Part shown: piece after piece, positions 13,649 through 25,654 of the stretch | How positions within the stretch are numbered: position 1 is the stretch's first letter | Layout of the letters: each line of letters opens with the position of its first letter | Source of the DNA: Raillietiella orientalis | Lineage: Eukaryota | DNA: 64,000 nt | NCBI GenBank assembly: GCA_036172245.1 | Contig: JAYWIR010000005.1 | Coordinates: 4,712,001 to 4,776,000, forward strand | Direction of reading: 5' to 3' | Notes under the pieces: model-generated | What the model saw: only the letters and a program-made list of their open reading frames with translations | Databases searched by the model: none | What the model was told of the DNA's origin: nothing | Translations under genes and position numbers: made by a program

Positions 13649-16600
13649 AGGAAGAGACATAATAATATCCATGGGAAATATTCGAGCAGGAATCCGTGAA
13701 AGTTTTCTTCATCGCATTCTCCATGGAACAATGTGCTGACGGTATTTTTTCTTCATAAGCTTTCCAAATGGAGTCAAGATAATAGAAGCAGTTCACCACC
13801 CATGGTACACGTGGTTTCCAGACGTATACATGGAAACCGCGCCTTCCTCAAAGGTGGCTCTGCAGAACGCATTCGCCACACATTCGAAAGGGAAGACCAG
13901 CTTCCCATGCTGGAAATAAGTTTGTGTTAATGCATATGTGTCAACGGATTATATGCACACGGGCCTATCAATTTAACTTAGTCATCCTATCCCGAGAGCT
14001 TTTGTGCGTCCTCAAACGATTTGGCAGAAACTCCGTGCATATCACCTATGCATCCTATCTATGGGCAATGGGTTAGTGACCGGATCTCCCAGTAACCTTT
14101 TGTCGATCATCACATTATTTTAAGATCATAATTAGAGTTATTAAAAGTAGAATAATTTTTCCTTTAGTTGACGATGATAAGCAACGTTCGTGTGCGTAAG
14201 CTTAAGAATAAAAACTAAGATGGTTGCCTACTTCCGGTCCAATTTTCCATATTCCAAGAAAGCAAAACGGGGTGTCTGAATCATTACTTGCGTCTCTATG
14301 GTGGATCACCTATCGGTTATCTCACAGCTCGATAACGCCTAACGTTAAGAGGGCGCACATTTTTCGAAAATTGAGGTACCCACCGCGCGAAATTCTGCGC
14401 TCGAAGGCTCATCGTCAGCGCATTCGCGCCAGTTTATGCTCGCTCCCTACTTAGCAACTTGTGGGCACATATTTTTCGAGAAAAAGAATTTTCACAAATA
14501 TATTTGGACAAAGAACTGCTAGAAATCTTTCCGAATACCCTGAAAGATCGGATTGTCGATCGGATTTTACTGTGACTTTTCGGAAAGTAGCTTGCAGAAG
14601 AAGAAACACATGATGGATTAGGAATAGCTTATCGGGAAAAAAATTGCTCTGGTGAGCATCATGTGCTCATGTGTACACATGAATTGCAGCCATTGACGAC
14701 AGCACTGACACGGAAAGGTTTCAGGATTGCATTCACTTGGGATGCTCTCCCCAGAAACCCTTTCTGTTCATTCCTTTCTGCTTTCCCACGAAGGTTCGAA
14801 AGAGTTTTTCTTAAAATTTTGTCACTGGAAGATCTGACCAAAAAGGCTTGAGAGCTCCAAAAGACTGTTTCCCTAGTGATTTCAGGAAAGATTGTTCGGA
14901 CTTGCATTCATGTTTACCATTCTTAGAGGAAATCGCATGCATCATGGTTTCTGCTTGTTTGATCCTTTCGAGTTTGGCAAATATTCCTCTTAGAAGCTTG
15001 ACTTTGTTTAAGATAACGCATTGGTCGCAGTGTTTTCTCAAGAGTTGGCAGGAGCAGCGTACAAGATGAGCTAACTCTCGGAACATTGTTCCCTCATTTC
15101 GAAAAAAAAAAAAAAACATAGATAGGGGATCTAGAATTCAACTCCCGTTTGCACAAAACATGCATTCTTTCTTCTCTTCTCCCGTTTTCAGTTTTTCACG
15201 GAGAAAGCTGGTCGACAAGAATTGGTCTTCATTCGGATCATGAAATTTCTTCTCTGGTCGAAAACTTTCGCTACATTCCAATCGGTCGCGAGTGAGAGAC
15301 ACCTTCGACTGGGGTGCTGTTCCCTTGTGTACGCGTGTGACTGAATTTCTGGATGGGAACTTTGCGGCTGTTATCGGTGCTAGCCCGCTTTCATCAGGAA
15401 GAGCGCACGGACTGACTGATGACGCTAGAATGAACGAAGCCTGTCCGAGTCCTCTCTCGAATGGCGGTGTCCAGCAGCTTTCCTTCGCCAGCCAGCGAAA
15501 CACCCACGCCTTGGTTTCAGTGTACATATTCGCTGGTGCACTGGGTGCAAAGGAAGTGGACATTCCGTGTGGGGCGTGATTCTGGGTTGTGTCTTTCCTT
15601 CCCGTACTTGAAAGCGAAGTATGCGGAGGGAACGGCTCCTCATGAATATCGCCAGGATCACTGTCTACTAATTCCGGCAGACGCCGCTCGCCTGAAAATG
15701 CTGAAAATGCTCATTTGTTGCCTCTCTCAGTGCGAAATCTCTCGTAATGTCCGCCAAACAGCAAGGTGGCGCGCAAGCTCGGGAGCTGTGCTCATTCCAC
15801 CACTTGCCTTTGTGCGTCGACGTGCGTTCCTCCTTCCTTATTCCTTTCCGCTTTCCAAGAGGCGGGGTCTCGGGTTTCCGAGCGATCTTTGGGGCGCTTT
15901 CGTCCATCCTCTCCACGAGTCCTTCTGTAAGTCGCATGAGCGTCTTCCAAACGCACGTCTAGACAAAAGGCGCTTTCCGAAGGGGAGCTACAAATGTATC
16001 AAGAGACAGTGGAACATCTATTTTGGGGTTGCACTTAGTTGTTGGAGTTACGCAGAGAAACACAGCAGATATTCGGGAAAGTGAGCTTTCAAGTTTTATG
16101 GAGGAAGCGTCCAGATGGAAGCAAGCACCGGCAATTCTCACATACGCGTACCGGGGACGGGGTGTTGCACGCCAAGTTAGCAAGTGGCGACCTGCTCCTT
16201 CCGCACGACCCGACGCTTCTCCGACCAGCTTGACCAGGCGGAAGTATACGAACGAACGCACACGCACGACCGGCCACTTATGCAGACTGCCGTCTCGTAA
16301 CGGTAAAAGTGCTCACCCGCCATCGCCTTTGCTTTCTTCTTGTTTTCCATTTTCGTTTCCGCTTCCCTGCGAGCAAGTGTGCAGCGGTACGAGGAGATGC
16401 ACCTACCGAATAACTGTGGCGAGGTGTCCGATCCTGAGCTAGGGATGCCGGGGAGAGATGCGAGCCTCACGATGAGATCCTGAAGTGTTCCTGTCGGTTC
16501 CGGAGCACGCGTAACAGCACCTCTCTGCTCCGTTCACGTTCTCTTGCGTCAAGCTTTTCGGAAACCTGTGGACTCGTTTCCATCCTTTCATCCAGATCTC

Positions 16601-17607
16601 AGACGGCACGCCAAATCCAAGCGTCTCTTCTGCGCGCCGTCCTCCCTCCTCCTCCTCTTCCTCCTCCCCTCCTTTTAAAAAAGTTCTCATTACCATCCGA
16701 GGGAGAATCCCAGATTAGTGAGTTCCACACGGTGGTAGGCGCACCATTTACTGTTGCGCCTAATAGCTTTTTCCGGCTTCTATAGCAGTCCTTTATCCCG
16801 GAATATTCGATCATCGTTCAACGGGAATTTGACATTAGCAGGCGGACATGGCTAATCAGCTGGTAAGTGCGAACAACTTTCTTCCCTTGTTAATGGATCT
16901 CCAGAGAGTTCCTTCCTTCCTCGTGTGATAGACTGGTTGATCGCGTTATGCAAAAATGACGTCACCTCGAACAGGCAGTTCGAATTAGGGATCCCGGGCT
17001 CACTCAGATGGATGGCATTCCTGAGAAGGAAAGGAACCTTTCCCTATCGGAACGCCTTCCTACCGGCGTTCCGTCAACTGCGATATTCTTGCGCTGAAAG
17101 AATTTCCATTCTCTAACCAGAACACGGAGGAGAGCGCGTTTCGGGAAGTCCAAAGGAACGCTTTTATTGCCTGAAAGGTGTTGTCCCTTAATTAGAGGGG
17201 GGGGGGGATACGAAAAAACCCCGAATGCGCCCGTGTTCCTGATGGACTTATTTGTTCTTAAATCCAAAAGTGTGCAATCTGTATAAAGGTTTGCCGACAT
17301 CTGAAAGATGGCATTTTTCGGTAGGCACCAAGGCAACAAATCACCCCCTCATTGTTGCGGGGATTGGTGCGCGCGCGCTTCGCCTTTCATTACCGGACAG
17401 CGTGACCGGGACCGGATCGGTGTAGGAGCGGAAAATGGGATCGAGGCGCGGAGGAAAGGCAAATATTTTCCAGCTTAGCATCTCCCATCCGACAGTAGAA
17501 TTACCATGTCAACCTTGAAGGGATAGTCCCGTTCTTTTTGTTGGCATTGTCGGTGTGGTCCGGATCGTATTTTATCTCGGGCGGACAAAAGAAATTATGA
17601 AAACTGT

Positions 17608-17696
17608 AGAGAGAGAGAGAGAGAGAGAGAGAAATACACACACACGCACACACACACACACATATGCACACACACACGGAGAGAGTGAGAGAGAGA
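17608..17696. repeat. Compound microsatellite (AG)12-(CA)n-(GA)n
   Basis: Read directly from sequence. Confidence 0.9.
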
Positions 17697-20600
17697 ACCT
17701 GTGGAATCAATTTGTAGCTCGGCCGCTAATCGCCCTGGTGACAGCCGCCCACGAGAGTCCTTTGTTTCGCGCGCCGTTCGGCTAATCGGCGTGACACTGG
17801 CCGCCGACGCTCTCCCGGGTCTCCCCCGTTCTGCTGTTTACCGTGCGTTCGCTTATTACACGGCCATTTGTCCTTCCTAATGAGGACCTGCTGGATCTCA
17901 GGTGAGTGCCCCTGGGATCCCCCTCGCTCCCCTCCGGGTCCGCTGGAGCCACTGCTATCTGTCCAGAAGTAACAGCCAGCCGGTGGTGCTCTCTGCTTCT
18001 TGTGGGTCAACGGGTGAGCGACACCCGCAAGGGGGCTTTGCCTCGCCTCTTCCCTTCTCCTTTCCTCTCCCACCACCTGCCTTCCCCCTCGCAAAAAAAA
18101 AAAAAAAAATGGCTCTACCTTCCGGGATTCCTGCCGAGAGCCGCATACCCTCCTGGCACCTCTTCGATGTGTGTGGGAGGACGAGAACAGGGAAAGGGGA
18201 GGGGGAGGAAGGGAGGAAAGAAGAACCCCATCGCTCAAGCGGAAATTCGGGGAACGACCTCATCCTGCGAAAATCGCGAACGCGGCAGCAAGGTAAGGCG
18301 GGACGCGTGAGGGCAGCAGGCTGCTCCGGAAGGAGAGCGCCTCGCCACCCAAAGCTTTCCGTGATATCTCGGACAACAAACGGAAAGGGAGTGGGACGGG
18401 GGAGGGGTTGCCAGGACGATCGACACGAATCCTCCATCTGACGGAAGATGTCACCCCTCCCGTCGTCTCCCGTCCGGAGACTGAGGTTTCTGATCGTTTT
18501 CCGTGAAGGGAAAGGGGGAGAAGGGGGATCGGAAGACGTCCCCGAACACCGCGAAAGGCCTCCTCCTTGGCTCGGGTCCCTACTGACCCTCCCCAACTTC
18601 ATCTGTGACCATCTGGGCGCGCACCCTCGTCGAGTACCTTTCTCCTCTCCTGTCCCTTGCCTGGCGCGGACCCCACGCCTTCAGCCGGCTCCGAGCGCGA
18701 GAGCACCGGAAATGCCGAGCCAGATCAATGCACGCGCGTCTTGCCGCCGCCGCCGCTAGCCGCGTAGGGTGCATCTCCGTGCACGCGCGCGCTGGACGCG
18801 CGCCTGCGATCGCCGGACGCGTCCTCGGGAAAGGCGGGGAGGAGTTTGTCGGGGCGAGACGCGCCCTGTTTTTCCGTCAGCTGCTGAGCGCACGGAGTGG
18901 AGAAGCAAAAAGGGCGCGAGCGCGAGCGCCTTCCGTCTGCATCCAGACAGGATCCTCCCTCGGCTTCAGCCGGTCCGGGGTGGTCTCCGTGGCGCGAGGA
19001 GGCGGCCGATCTTGAAACGCGTGTGCGTGGGCTTTAAGCGACCTTTCCGCTACGCTTCGGGACACCGGTCCGAGACACTCGAGAGCCCCCTTTCTTCCCG
19101 GCGGGATCTCTTGGAAAGAGGCTAGGAAAGTGAACTTGAAGAAGGACCCATTCTTAGAGGGGTTCTGGGAAAATGGGATGCTTTGGAGTGTAGGAAGCGG
19201 GCGAATGCAGAGGGATAGTAGACACTTGGGCAAGGCTGCGAGCGTCCTGCCTCATGGGGAGTCTCTCTCCCCTCCACCCTCGTCGCCTAGACGACAAGAA
19301 AGGTCGCCTCCACCTCCGCACGCCGAAAGCCGCACTCCAGGCAGACCAACGCCGGGGGGGAAGGGGCAGGGAGAGAGGAGGAGGAGGACGGAGGCAGTGC
19401 CGTGCCGTGGTGCCCGTTGCAGCCCGCCGACTGAGGGATCAGTGAGATGATCGGATTTTCCTTCGTTTCCCCTCGGAGGTTTGCATTGTCGAGGAAGAGA
19501 AAGGGAGACCCTTTCAATGGCCAAGCATCCACCAGAGGGCGGGATTTTACCCTTCATCCCATTAGGCGTTGACGGAATGCGCACCTCGGTTGGGAGGGCG
19601 GGGGCGCTTTCGCGTGGCCGGCGCTCAGCATCACCACACGCGGGGCGGCGGCTTCCTTTCATTGCTCTGCACCGTCCCGGTCGTACGAGACGACGGAGGT
19701 GAAGTAAAAGAGAAGAAGGAATGGGGAGGGGGAAGAAGAGTTGTCGCCGAGGTGGCCCTCCTTTCCTTGTGGGCTCAGGAGCAATGCCGGAATGGGCCTC
19801 CCCTTCTGCCAAGAAACCGCACCTCTCCTCGTCCGTCAGTTTTGACTGAGGGAGGAGGAAAGAGATCTCCGTACTGAAGAGGATGGGGAAGAGGACAAAA
19901 AAGTCGCCGGGAGGCAGCAGCCTAAGCAGCCATTCTTCGCCCAGGAGGAGGAGGAATGAGGAGGACGAAGGCGTGCGGCGCGCTCTGTGCGAGTCTCGGA
20001 ATCCACGCGTCGCCCCTGCGCCGCGGCGGCGGCCTCTCGAGCGACAGCTCCTCCAAGTACTGCAGCTGGGGGCGGAGGAGGGGAGCGGGCGAGGGCCTTC
20101 CCCTGTCCATCCTGTTCTCCCCCACCGCTGCCTAAGGGAGGTCCAAGGGAAACAGGAGGCACGCACGAAGAAAGGGGGGGGGGAGGAATCCATGGATGTC
20201 CACGGGCAAGCGAGGAGGGACCAAGTGAACGGACGTTCACTGCCCTCACTCCACGTGTAAAGGAAAGGATAAGGAAGCGCACGCACGGGTCCTCCTTTCC
20301 CCTCGTCCGGACGCTCCTCCCACACGCTTGGTTTGCTGCCGCTTCCGCTCCCGCCCGATGAGCAACCGGGACAAGCAACGCGGAGCGGACGACGCGTCCG
20401 GAAAGGCCGTCTTTGCCGTGCGCGCGCGCGCCCGTTTCCAAGGCGATCTGGAGCGCGAGACACGTGCTTCGGACGCGCGAACGTTCCCGGCGAACGCTCA
20501 GCGTGCTAGGGACGTCGGCGGGAAGGCGCGCTTCCCTGGATCCCGGGCAGGCAGCAGCGCCCTGTGGAGGAGCGACGTCGCGGTACTGTAAGCGTCTTGT

Positions 20601-21934
20601 GCGGCGGTGGCGGCGGCGGCGGCGCGCCCCCTCCCTCCCTCCCCGTGGACTGGTGCGGATCGTGGCCTCGAGGAACCATAGCGAAGGCGGAGGTGCAGTG
20701 AAGCTGCTCCCCGCGGTGGGATCACCTCCCGTCTCTGGGGGCACGCCCCCTCTCCTTCGTTTCCCCCTCCCTCCTCGCCCCCTACGGAAACCACATGCTT
20801 CTCGGGTCGATGCTGGATGCGGCTGCCAGTCGGACGCTGCTGGGACGCCTCGCGTGCTTCGGTGGAGTGACGCAGCGGAAGCAGCAGCAGCCCACGTACG
20901 TAGCACCGCCGGCACATGTGGTGTTTCCCTTATAGGGGCGGGACAGCTCCCCGGGGAGGGGAGGAGGTGGCGGCAGCTGCGCCGGAGGCGGATATGCGCT
21001 CTCGAAGGCCGACCAACCGACCGGACGGATGCGCCTGGCTGGCCGCGTACCAATCTTCCGGAGGTTCCCCCTTCTCCTCCCCTCCCCCTCTTCCCCTTGC
21101 CGTCGTTTCTACTCCCCCTCCGCGGTGGAAGCGCGCGCACATCCACAGGTGAAAAAGCAGCGTCGCCTCCTCCTCCTCTTACTTTTCCCCTTCCCCTGTT
21201 TGCAACGTGCGCGCGCCGCGTGCGTGCGTGCGCCAGCGTGGAGTTGGCGCATCGAGAGCGCGCTGGTCTCGGGAATCGAAAGGAAGGAGCAACTCCTCTT
21301 TCTATCTTTTTCTTTCTTTTTTCCTCCCCTCCCCCCCCTCGATGTTTGATTTCCTGGACGATTACCGGTGATCCGGAGCGGTCTTGCGTGAGTTGCCTAG
21401 CAACGACGGCAAACAGGTAATCAGATACCTGGATCGATTGCGGAGATGCGGCGGCGCTTGCCGTTGCAGTGAGAGGTTTCATACGGAGAGGCGGGATAAA
21501 AATAAAGGGAACGAAAGGAAACGAACACGGCGGGAGGAGCGGGAGGGGAGCGGCAGGTGCACACGCACACACGTGAATGGATGACGCCGTCGCCCCGGAG
21601 CGCTCCCCATGACGGCGTGGCGCAGTTCCCTTTCTCCGTGCTCTCCCGCCGCCCACCCCCGTCCGTTCTCCCCTCCCCCACTCTCTCTCACCCGCTCCCG
21701 TGCCCCCTTCCTCCCTGAATCCGCCGAAAGCTACTCACTCGGAGCAGGGGAGAGAGGGAAGGGGAGGGAGCGCGCGTGTGCCGAGAGCAAACACTTCCAT
21801 CCCTGCTCTTCTTCGCGCGCGCAGGCCGCCGCCGCCGCCTCACGGGAACGCCGCCATCCCGCAGAGAGATGGCGGCAATTAGGCAATCAGATGACCGCCG
21901 CCGATGCGCTTCGCTCGCTGCCGCGGTGTGCGAT

Positions 21935-22035
21935 TCAGTCTCCCGCGCGAAGCGAGCGGAGTGCCAGTGCCGGGATCGCGCGCTCAGGCAGCAGAAGGAT
22001 GGGAGTGACGTGAACGCGTCCGCGGAAGCAGCCAG
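21935..22035 (+). promoter_or_regulatory. Putative rhomboid core promoter (Inr + MTE) and non-coding first exon
   Basis: TCAGTC at 21935-21940 matches the arthropod Inr TCAKTY. CGAGCGGAGTGC at 21953-21964 matches MTE CSARCSSAACGS at 10/12, starting at +17. CAG|gtaacc donor at 22035/22036 could splice to the acceptor at 22663. Confidence 0.5.
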
Positions 22036-22663
22036 GTAACCAGGCAAACATGGAGCACCCGGTTTTCCCGTCGTGGAGGTGTGGGTGGGTGGGTGCGTGG
22101 GATGCGTGCGAGGATGCGGGAGCGCCTGCGCCAGCATCCAAACGCGCATCCACCGATCCGGTTGCACGCTCGCTCTGCAAGCACCCACCGCTTGGGCTCA
22201 CCCCCTTCCCCTTCTGCCACGGAGAAGAACAACTTCTGGAGCCTCAGGCGACATGAAGTTCCGCCGCTGCCCTCGGAAACACTCACTCTCTGCTTCGTGA
22301 GCGAGGGAACGCTTCTTCGCTCGGGACGAGTGGGCTTCCGGCAACGGTTCGGCTGGGGAGCGCGAGGGGACGCTCGTGGAGGCAGGGATGGACGCACGCT
22401 CCCGGCCTCTTCGAGCGGATAGGCGGCCAACTGGGAGCTCTCGTCTGGTTCTCTAGGAGAGGAAGCAACGACCCTCGTGTCGACCCTGCGGTGGATCAGC
22501 GGGTGTCCCGCAGGAGAGCGTGCATGGTCCCCACCCCTTACCTCTCTCTTTCCTCCTTAATTCCTCCTCCTCCTCCCCTTCTTGCAGCGGCGGCCGCGCC
22601 CCGTCCTGCGCGCTGCCCCATCCCGACGTGTCATCTGACGCACCGTTCCCGGTGTCTCCCCAG

Positions 22664-22782
22664 ATGAGTGGCGGCGGACGAGAGTGCGCGCGAGCAGCTG
22701 ACTTCCCTCGCGCCGCCCCCAAGGGCGCCAGCCCCGGCAGACACGGCCTTCCAGAGGTAGACTCGCCCACGGGGATCCACAG
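22664..22782 (+). CDS. rho: rhomboid coding exon 1 (MSGGGREC...PTGIH)
   Basis: tctccccag|ATG acceptor; CAC AG|gtaaaa donor (phase 2) joins next exon to give ...IHRMVR. Confidence 0.75.
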
Positions 22783-23465
22783 GTAAAACGCAAGATAACA
22801 CAAAAAGAGAGCGAAGAACGAAGCGAGCAGCTCCCACCTCCCGCTCGCCCCGTGCTTCCTCCTCCCCCCGGGAAGGATGGTACGAGTGGCTGTCGGCGAG
22901 CTCATGCCCAAGGACCTCGGCAAGAAGAAATACGCCGACCAGTACTCGTGGTGGCCCCCGCCCCTCTTTGTCCTATGCATCACACTGCTCGAGGTGAGTG
23001 GGCGCCCAACAGCGCCGGAGGGAGGCGGAGGACGAAGGCAGGGCAGGAAGGTGGTGGCGTACGCCGTCGTGGCCACCGTCCACCTCCGTCTCCTCGCAGA
23101 ATGCCTCCTTCCGCGCGCCCGCAGAAGGTGGAAGGGGGGGGGGACGAAGGAGAAGAAAGGAAGGAAGGAGGGGCAGCTCGCTTCCGGAAGCGCCGTGCGC
23201 ATCCGGGACCCGCGCATCCTTATCGCGGACGCCCCCGGCTTCCGCCGGACGGATGCTCCTGCCTACAGAGAGAGCGCAGACGGGCTAGGACAGCGCGGTG
23301 CAAGTGCGGACCCCGAGCTGCTGCGCCTCGCTAGCCCACCCGCCCGTCCGCATGCCTGCCTGACTGCCTGCCCTCCGCGCGACCGGACGGACGTCGTACG
23401 GGGCGGGTGGGCGGAAGTCGGCGATCCGCGTTCGGGAAGAGGGAGAGCCCGGCGCGCGCTCGCGC

Positions 23466-23502
<37 letters not shown>

Positions 23503-25519
23503 GCCCTCACCGGATGCGCTTGGGGCCCAGCTGCGGGAAGAATGCGCGCTGGGCGGCATTCCTTCCGCGATGGACCGGTGCCACGGGAGGAAGCCGCGCA
23601 TCTGTGCGCCGAGGCGCTGCCGGGATTACGAGGCAGCTAAATCGGGAGCCTTCCCAGTCCTCCCGGAAGGCCCGCGACACGTGGCGAGCCTCGAGGATCC
23701 CTCCGCCTAAGCGAGGCTGGAGCCAGGGAGGGGACGCGCCTTCTCCGCGGGGAAGCAGAAGCGGGCAGGACAGGCGGGCGGCGCGCCAGGCGTGCGCGCG
23801 CGCAGCTCTCCGACGCCACGGGGGGAGACATGTGCATCAGCACCTCTCCGCCGCCGGCTCACCACTTGGTTCCTGACCTCTCGCGGGCGAGCGCTGCCAG
23901 CAAGACCCGACACCTGCGGAGAAGGGCCGTCGCCATCTTTGTTGCGCCCGGCAGTACCCGTACAGGGTCTCCGGAGGCGTCGCTCACGCAGGCGAGGCGG
24001 TGCCGACAGATGGTCAGCGCTGGAGCACTGTCAGCTGCGTCGAGAGTGGCGCGCCCTCCGGACGGGCGGCCTCCGTCCGTCGCGGCCACCCGAGGCGCGG
24101 CGGCGGCCGCCTCCGCCCTGTCGCTTCCGCGAGGGCGCGCCGCTGCCGTTCACGGTTCGCGGCGCCCGCCGGAAGCGGCCAGCGCAGGCTGCAGAAGTAT
24201 TTGCCCCCTCTCGCTGGCGGGCAGGAGGGGGCGAAGAAGCGAGGGGGAGGGGAGGCGGCGGACTCTTGCTTTCACTAGCGCGCATGCATGCTTGGGCACC
24301 GACGCGTGCGTGCGTCAGAGGGGACGGCGGTGGCGTTCCTCTTCCCTGCTGCCCCTCCTCCGCGGCCCCATCCTTCTCGGCGGGAGGCGCTCTCACAGCT
24401 GCCGCCCCTTTCCAGCTGGGGTTCTTCGTGTACCACCACGTGCTCGCCGGCGACGCAATGCTCATTGACAGCTTCCTTATCTACCGAAGAGACCGCCGCG
24501 AACAGGTCTGGCGCTTCCTCTTCTACATGATGCTGCACGCAGGGTACGTAAGTGGGCCCTTCCCATCCCCCTTTTCTGTTCAACTATGCTTCCCCTCAAC
24601 CACCCTCCCCTTACCCTCCCCCTCCCCCGCATGTTCTCGAGACCTCGTCCCGTCCACTGCTTACCACTTGCAGGTGGCTGCATCTGGTCTTCAACCTCCT
24701 CGTGCAGGTCGCAGTGGGGCTGCCCCTGGAGATGGTCCACGGGTCTGTCAGGGTGGGGGCCATCTACATGGCGGGCGTCCTCGCAGGTGCGTGCGCTAGT
24801 CGCCACCCTTTCCGCCCCTCCCACCACGCGCGCGTGTCTGCCTGGCGACCGCACTACTGCTGCTGCTCTCCTCCTCGTTGCAGGATCCCTGGGAACGTCC
24901 ATCTTCGACGATCGAGTGTACCTGATCGGTTCCTCGGGAGGAGTATACGCCCTGCTCGCGGCCCACTTGGCCAACGTCCTTCTGGTAAGAGGCGCGTCAG
25001 CGCCGCACCTCATCTCTTCCCTCCCCTTCCTCCGCCCCCCTTTTGCCCTGGATCTCATCCCGAGTCCCTTCCAGAACTACAGCTGCATGGAGTTCGGCGT
25101 TCTGCGGCTTCTGGGAGTCTTTCTCGTCGGTGAGTACGGCTGCTGGACCTTCCCTCCCTCGCTCTCTTTCCCTTCAACCCCTTTTTCCCGTGCCCCCGTC
25201 TGATCTGCGGGGGCAGATACCCTCGGCCCTGCTGACTCATTGCCCTGCAGCGTGCGTGGACGTGGGGATCGCCCTGTATGGCAGGCACAGCGAGGAGCAC
25301 GTGGACGTCCCCGTGAGCTACACGGCCCACCTGACCGGCGCCCTGGCCGGCGTGGTTACCGGCCTGCTGGTGCTCAAGAACTTTGAGAAGAAGAAGTACG
25401 AGCGGCCGCTGCGGTGGGCCGCCCTGGGAGTCTGCGCGGCCTGTGTATGCGCGGCCGTCGCGTACAACGTGCTCGCGCCCTCCGCCGCGGCGGTGGCCGG
25501 CCACGTGATGGTCGCCTAG
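22664..25519 (+). CDS. rho: Rhomboid-family intramembrane serine protease (secretase-type, Drosophila rho/RHBDL-like), 7 coding exons, 300 aa
   Basis: Join 22664-22782, 22876-22993, 24416-24543, 24674-24786, 24884-24984, 25075-25129, 25251-25519 = 903 nt; all introns GT-AG and phase-compatible. Protein has [14 protein letters not shown]1-loop WR ([15 protein letters not shown]), WLHLVFN, catalytic GSSGG and AHLTGALAG. Exact paralogue not determinable. Confidence 0.95.
22876..22993 (+). CDS. rho: rhomboid coding exon 2 ([13 protein letters not shown]...[13 protein letters not shown])
   Basis: Pyrimidine tract followed by ggaag| acceptor; GAG|gtgagt donor; conserved YADQY..PPPLF before TM1. 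Confidence 0.92.
23452..23500. repeat. (CG)n/(GCGT)n alternating purine-pyrimidine tract in rhomboid intron
   Basis: gcgcgcgctcgcgcgcgtgcgtgcgtgcg... Confidence 0.9.
24416..24543 (+). CDS. rho: rhomboid coding exon 3 (LGFFVY...[12 protein letters not shown])
   Basis: ccttttccag| acceptor; GG|gtacgt donor; WR motif. Confidence 0.95.
24674..24786 (+). CDS. rho: rhomboid coding exon 4 (WLHLVFN...IYMAGVLA)
   Basis: ttgcag| acceptor; G|gtgcgt donor; HxxxN and GLPLEMVHG motifs. Confidence 0.95.
24884..24984 (+). CDS. rho: rhomboid coding exon 5 with catalytic Ser ([17 protein letters not shown])
   Basis: ttgcag| acceptor; CTG|gtaaga donor; GxSG motif. Confidence 0.96.
25075..25129 (+). CDS. rho: rhomboid coding exon 6 ([18 protein letters not shown])
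   Basis: ccttccag| acceptor; G|gtgagt donor. Confidence 0.93.
25251..25519 (+). CDS. rho: rhomboid last coding exon with catalytic His ([13 protein letters not shown]), stop TAG
   Basis: ccctgcag| acceptor; stop at 25517-25519. Confidence 0.95.
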
Positions 25520-25630
25520 TCCGTCTGCTCGCCTGCGTTCGAGGTCGACTCCCCACCCTTCTCCTCCTCCTGGTCCCTCGCGGCGGCAACATCCGTCCAT
25601 CCGTCCGTCCGTGCTCGGCCTCCTGGGAAG

Positions 25631-25654
25631 AAGGAAGGAAGGAAGGAAGGAAGG
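25631..25654. repeat. (AAGG)6 microsatellite in the presumed rhomboid 3' UTR
   Basis: Read directly from sequence. Confidence 0.9.

Noticed and set aside
20913..20929. CACATGT E-box abutting GGTGTTTCCC, resembling the Twist-Dorsal pair of the Drosophila rho neuroectoderm enhancer
   Set aside because: Single instance, Dorsal site mismatched, no spacer and no Su(H) site adjacent; likely chance
19252..21656. Long ORFs of 403, 606 and 335 aa on both strands
   Set aside because: R/P/G/A/S-rich, overlapping in many frames, no domains; explained by stop-codon scarcity at high GC
22877..23710. 277 aa ORF as a single-exon protein
   Set aside because: Only the first 39 codons are rhomboid; the rest is read-through into the intron
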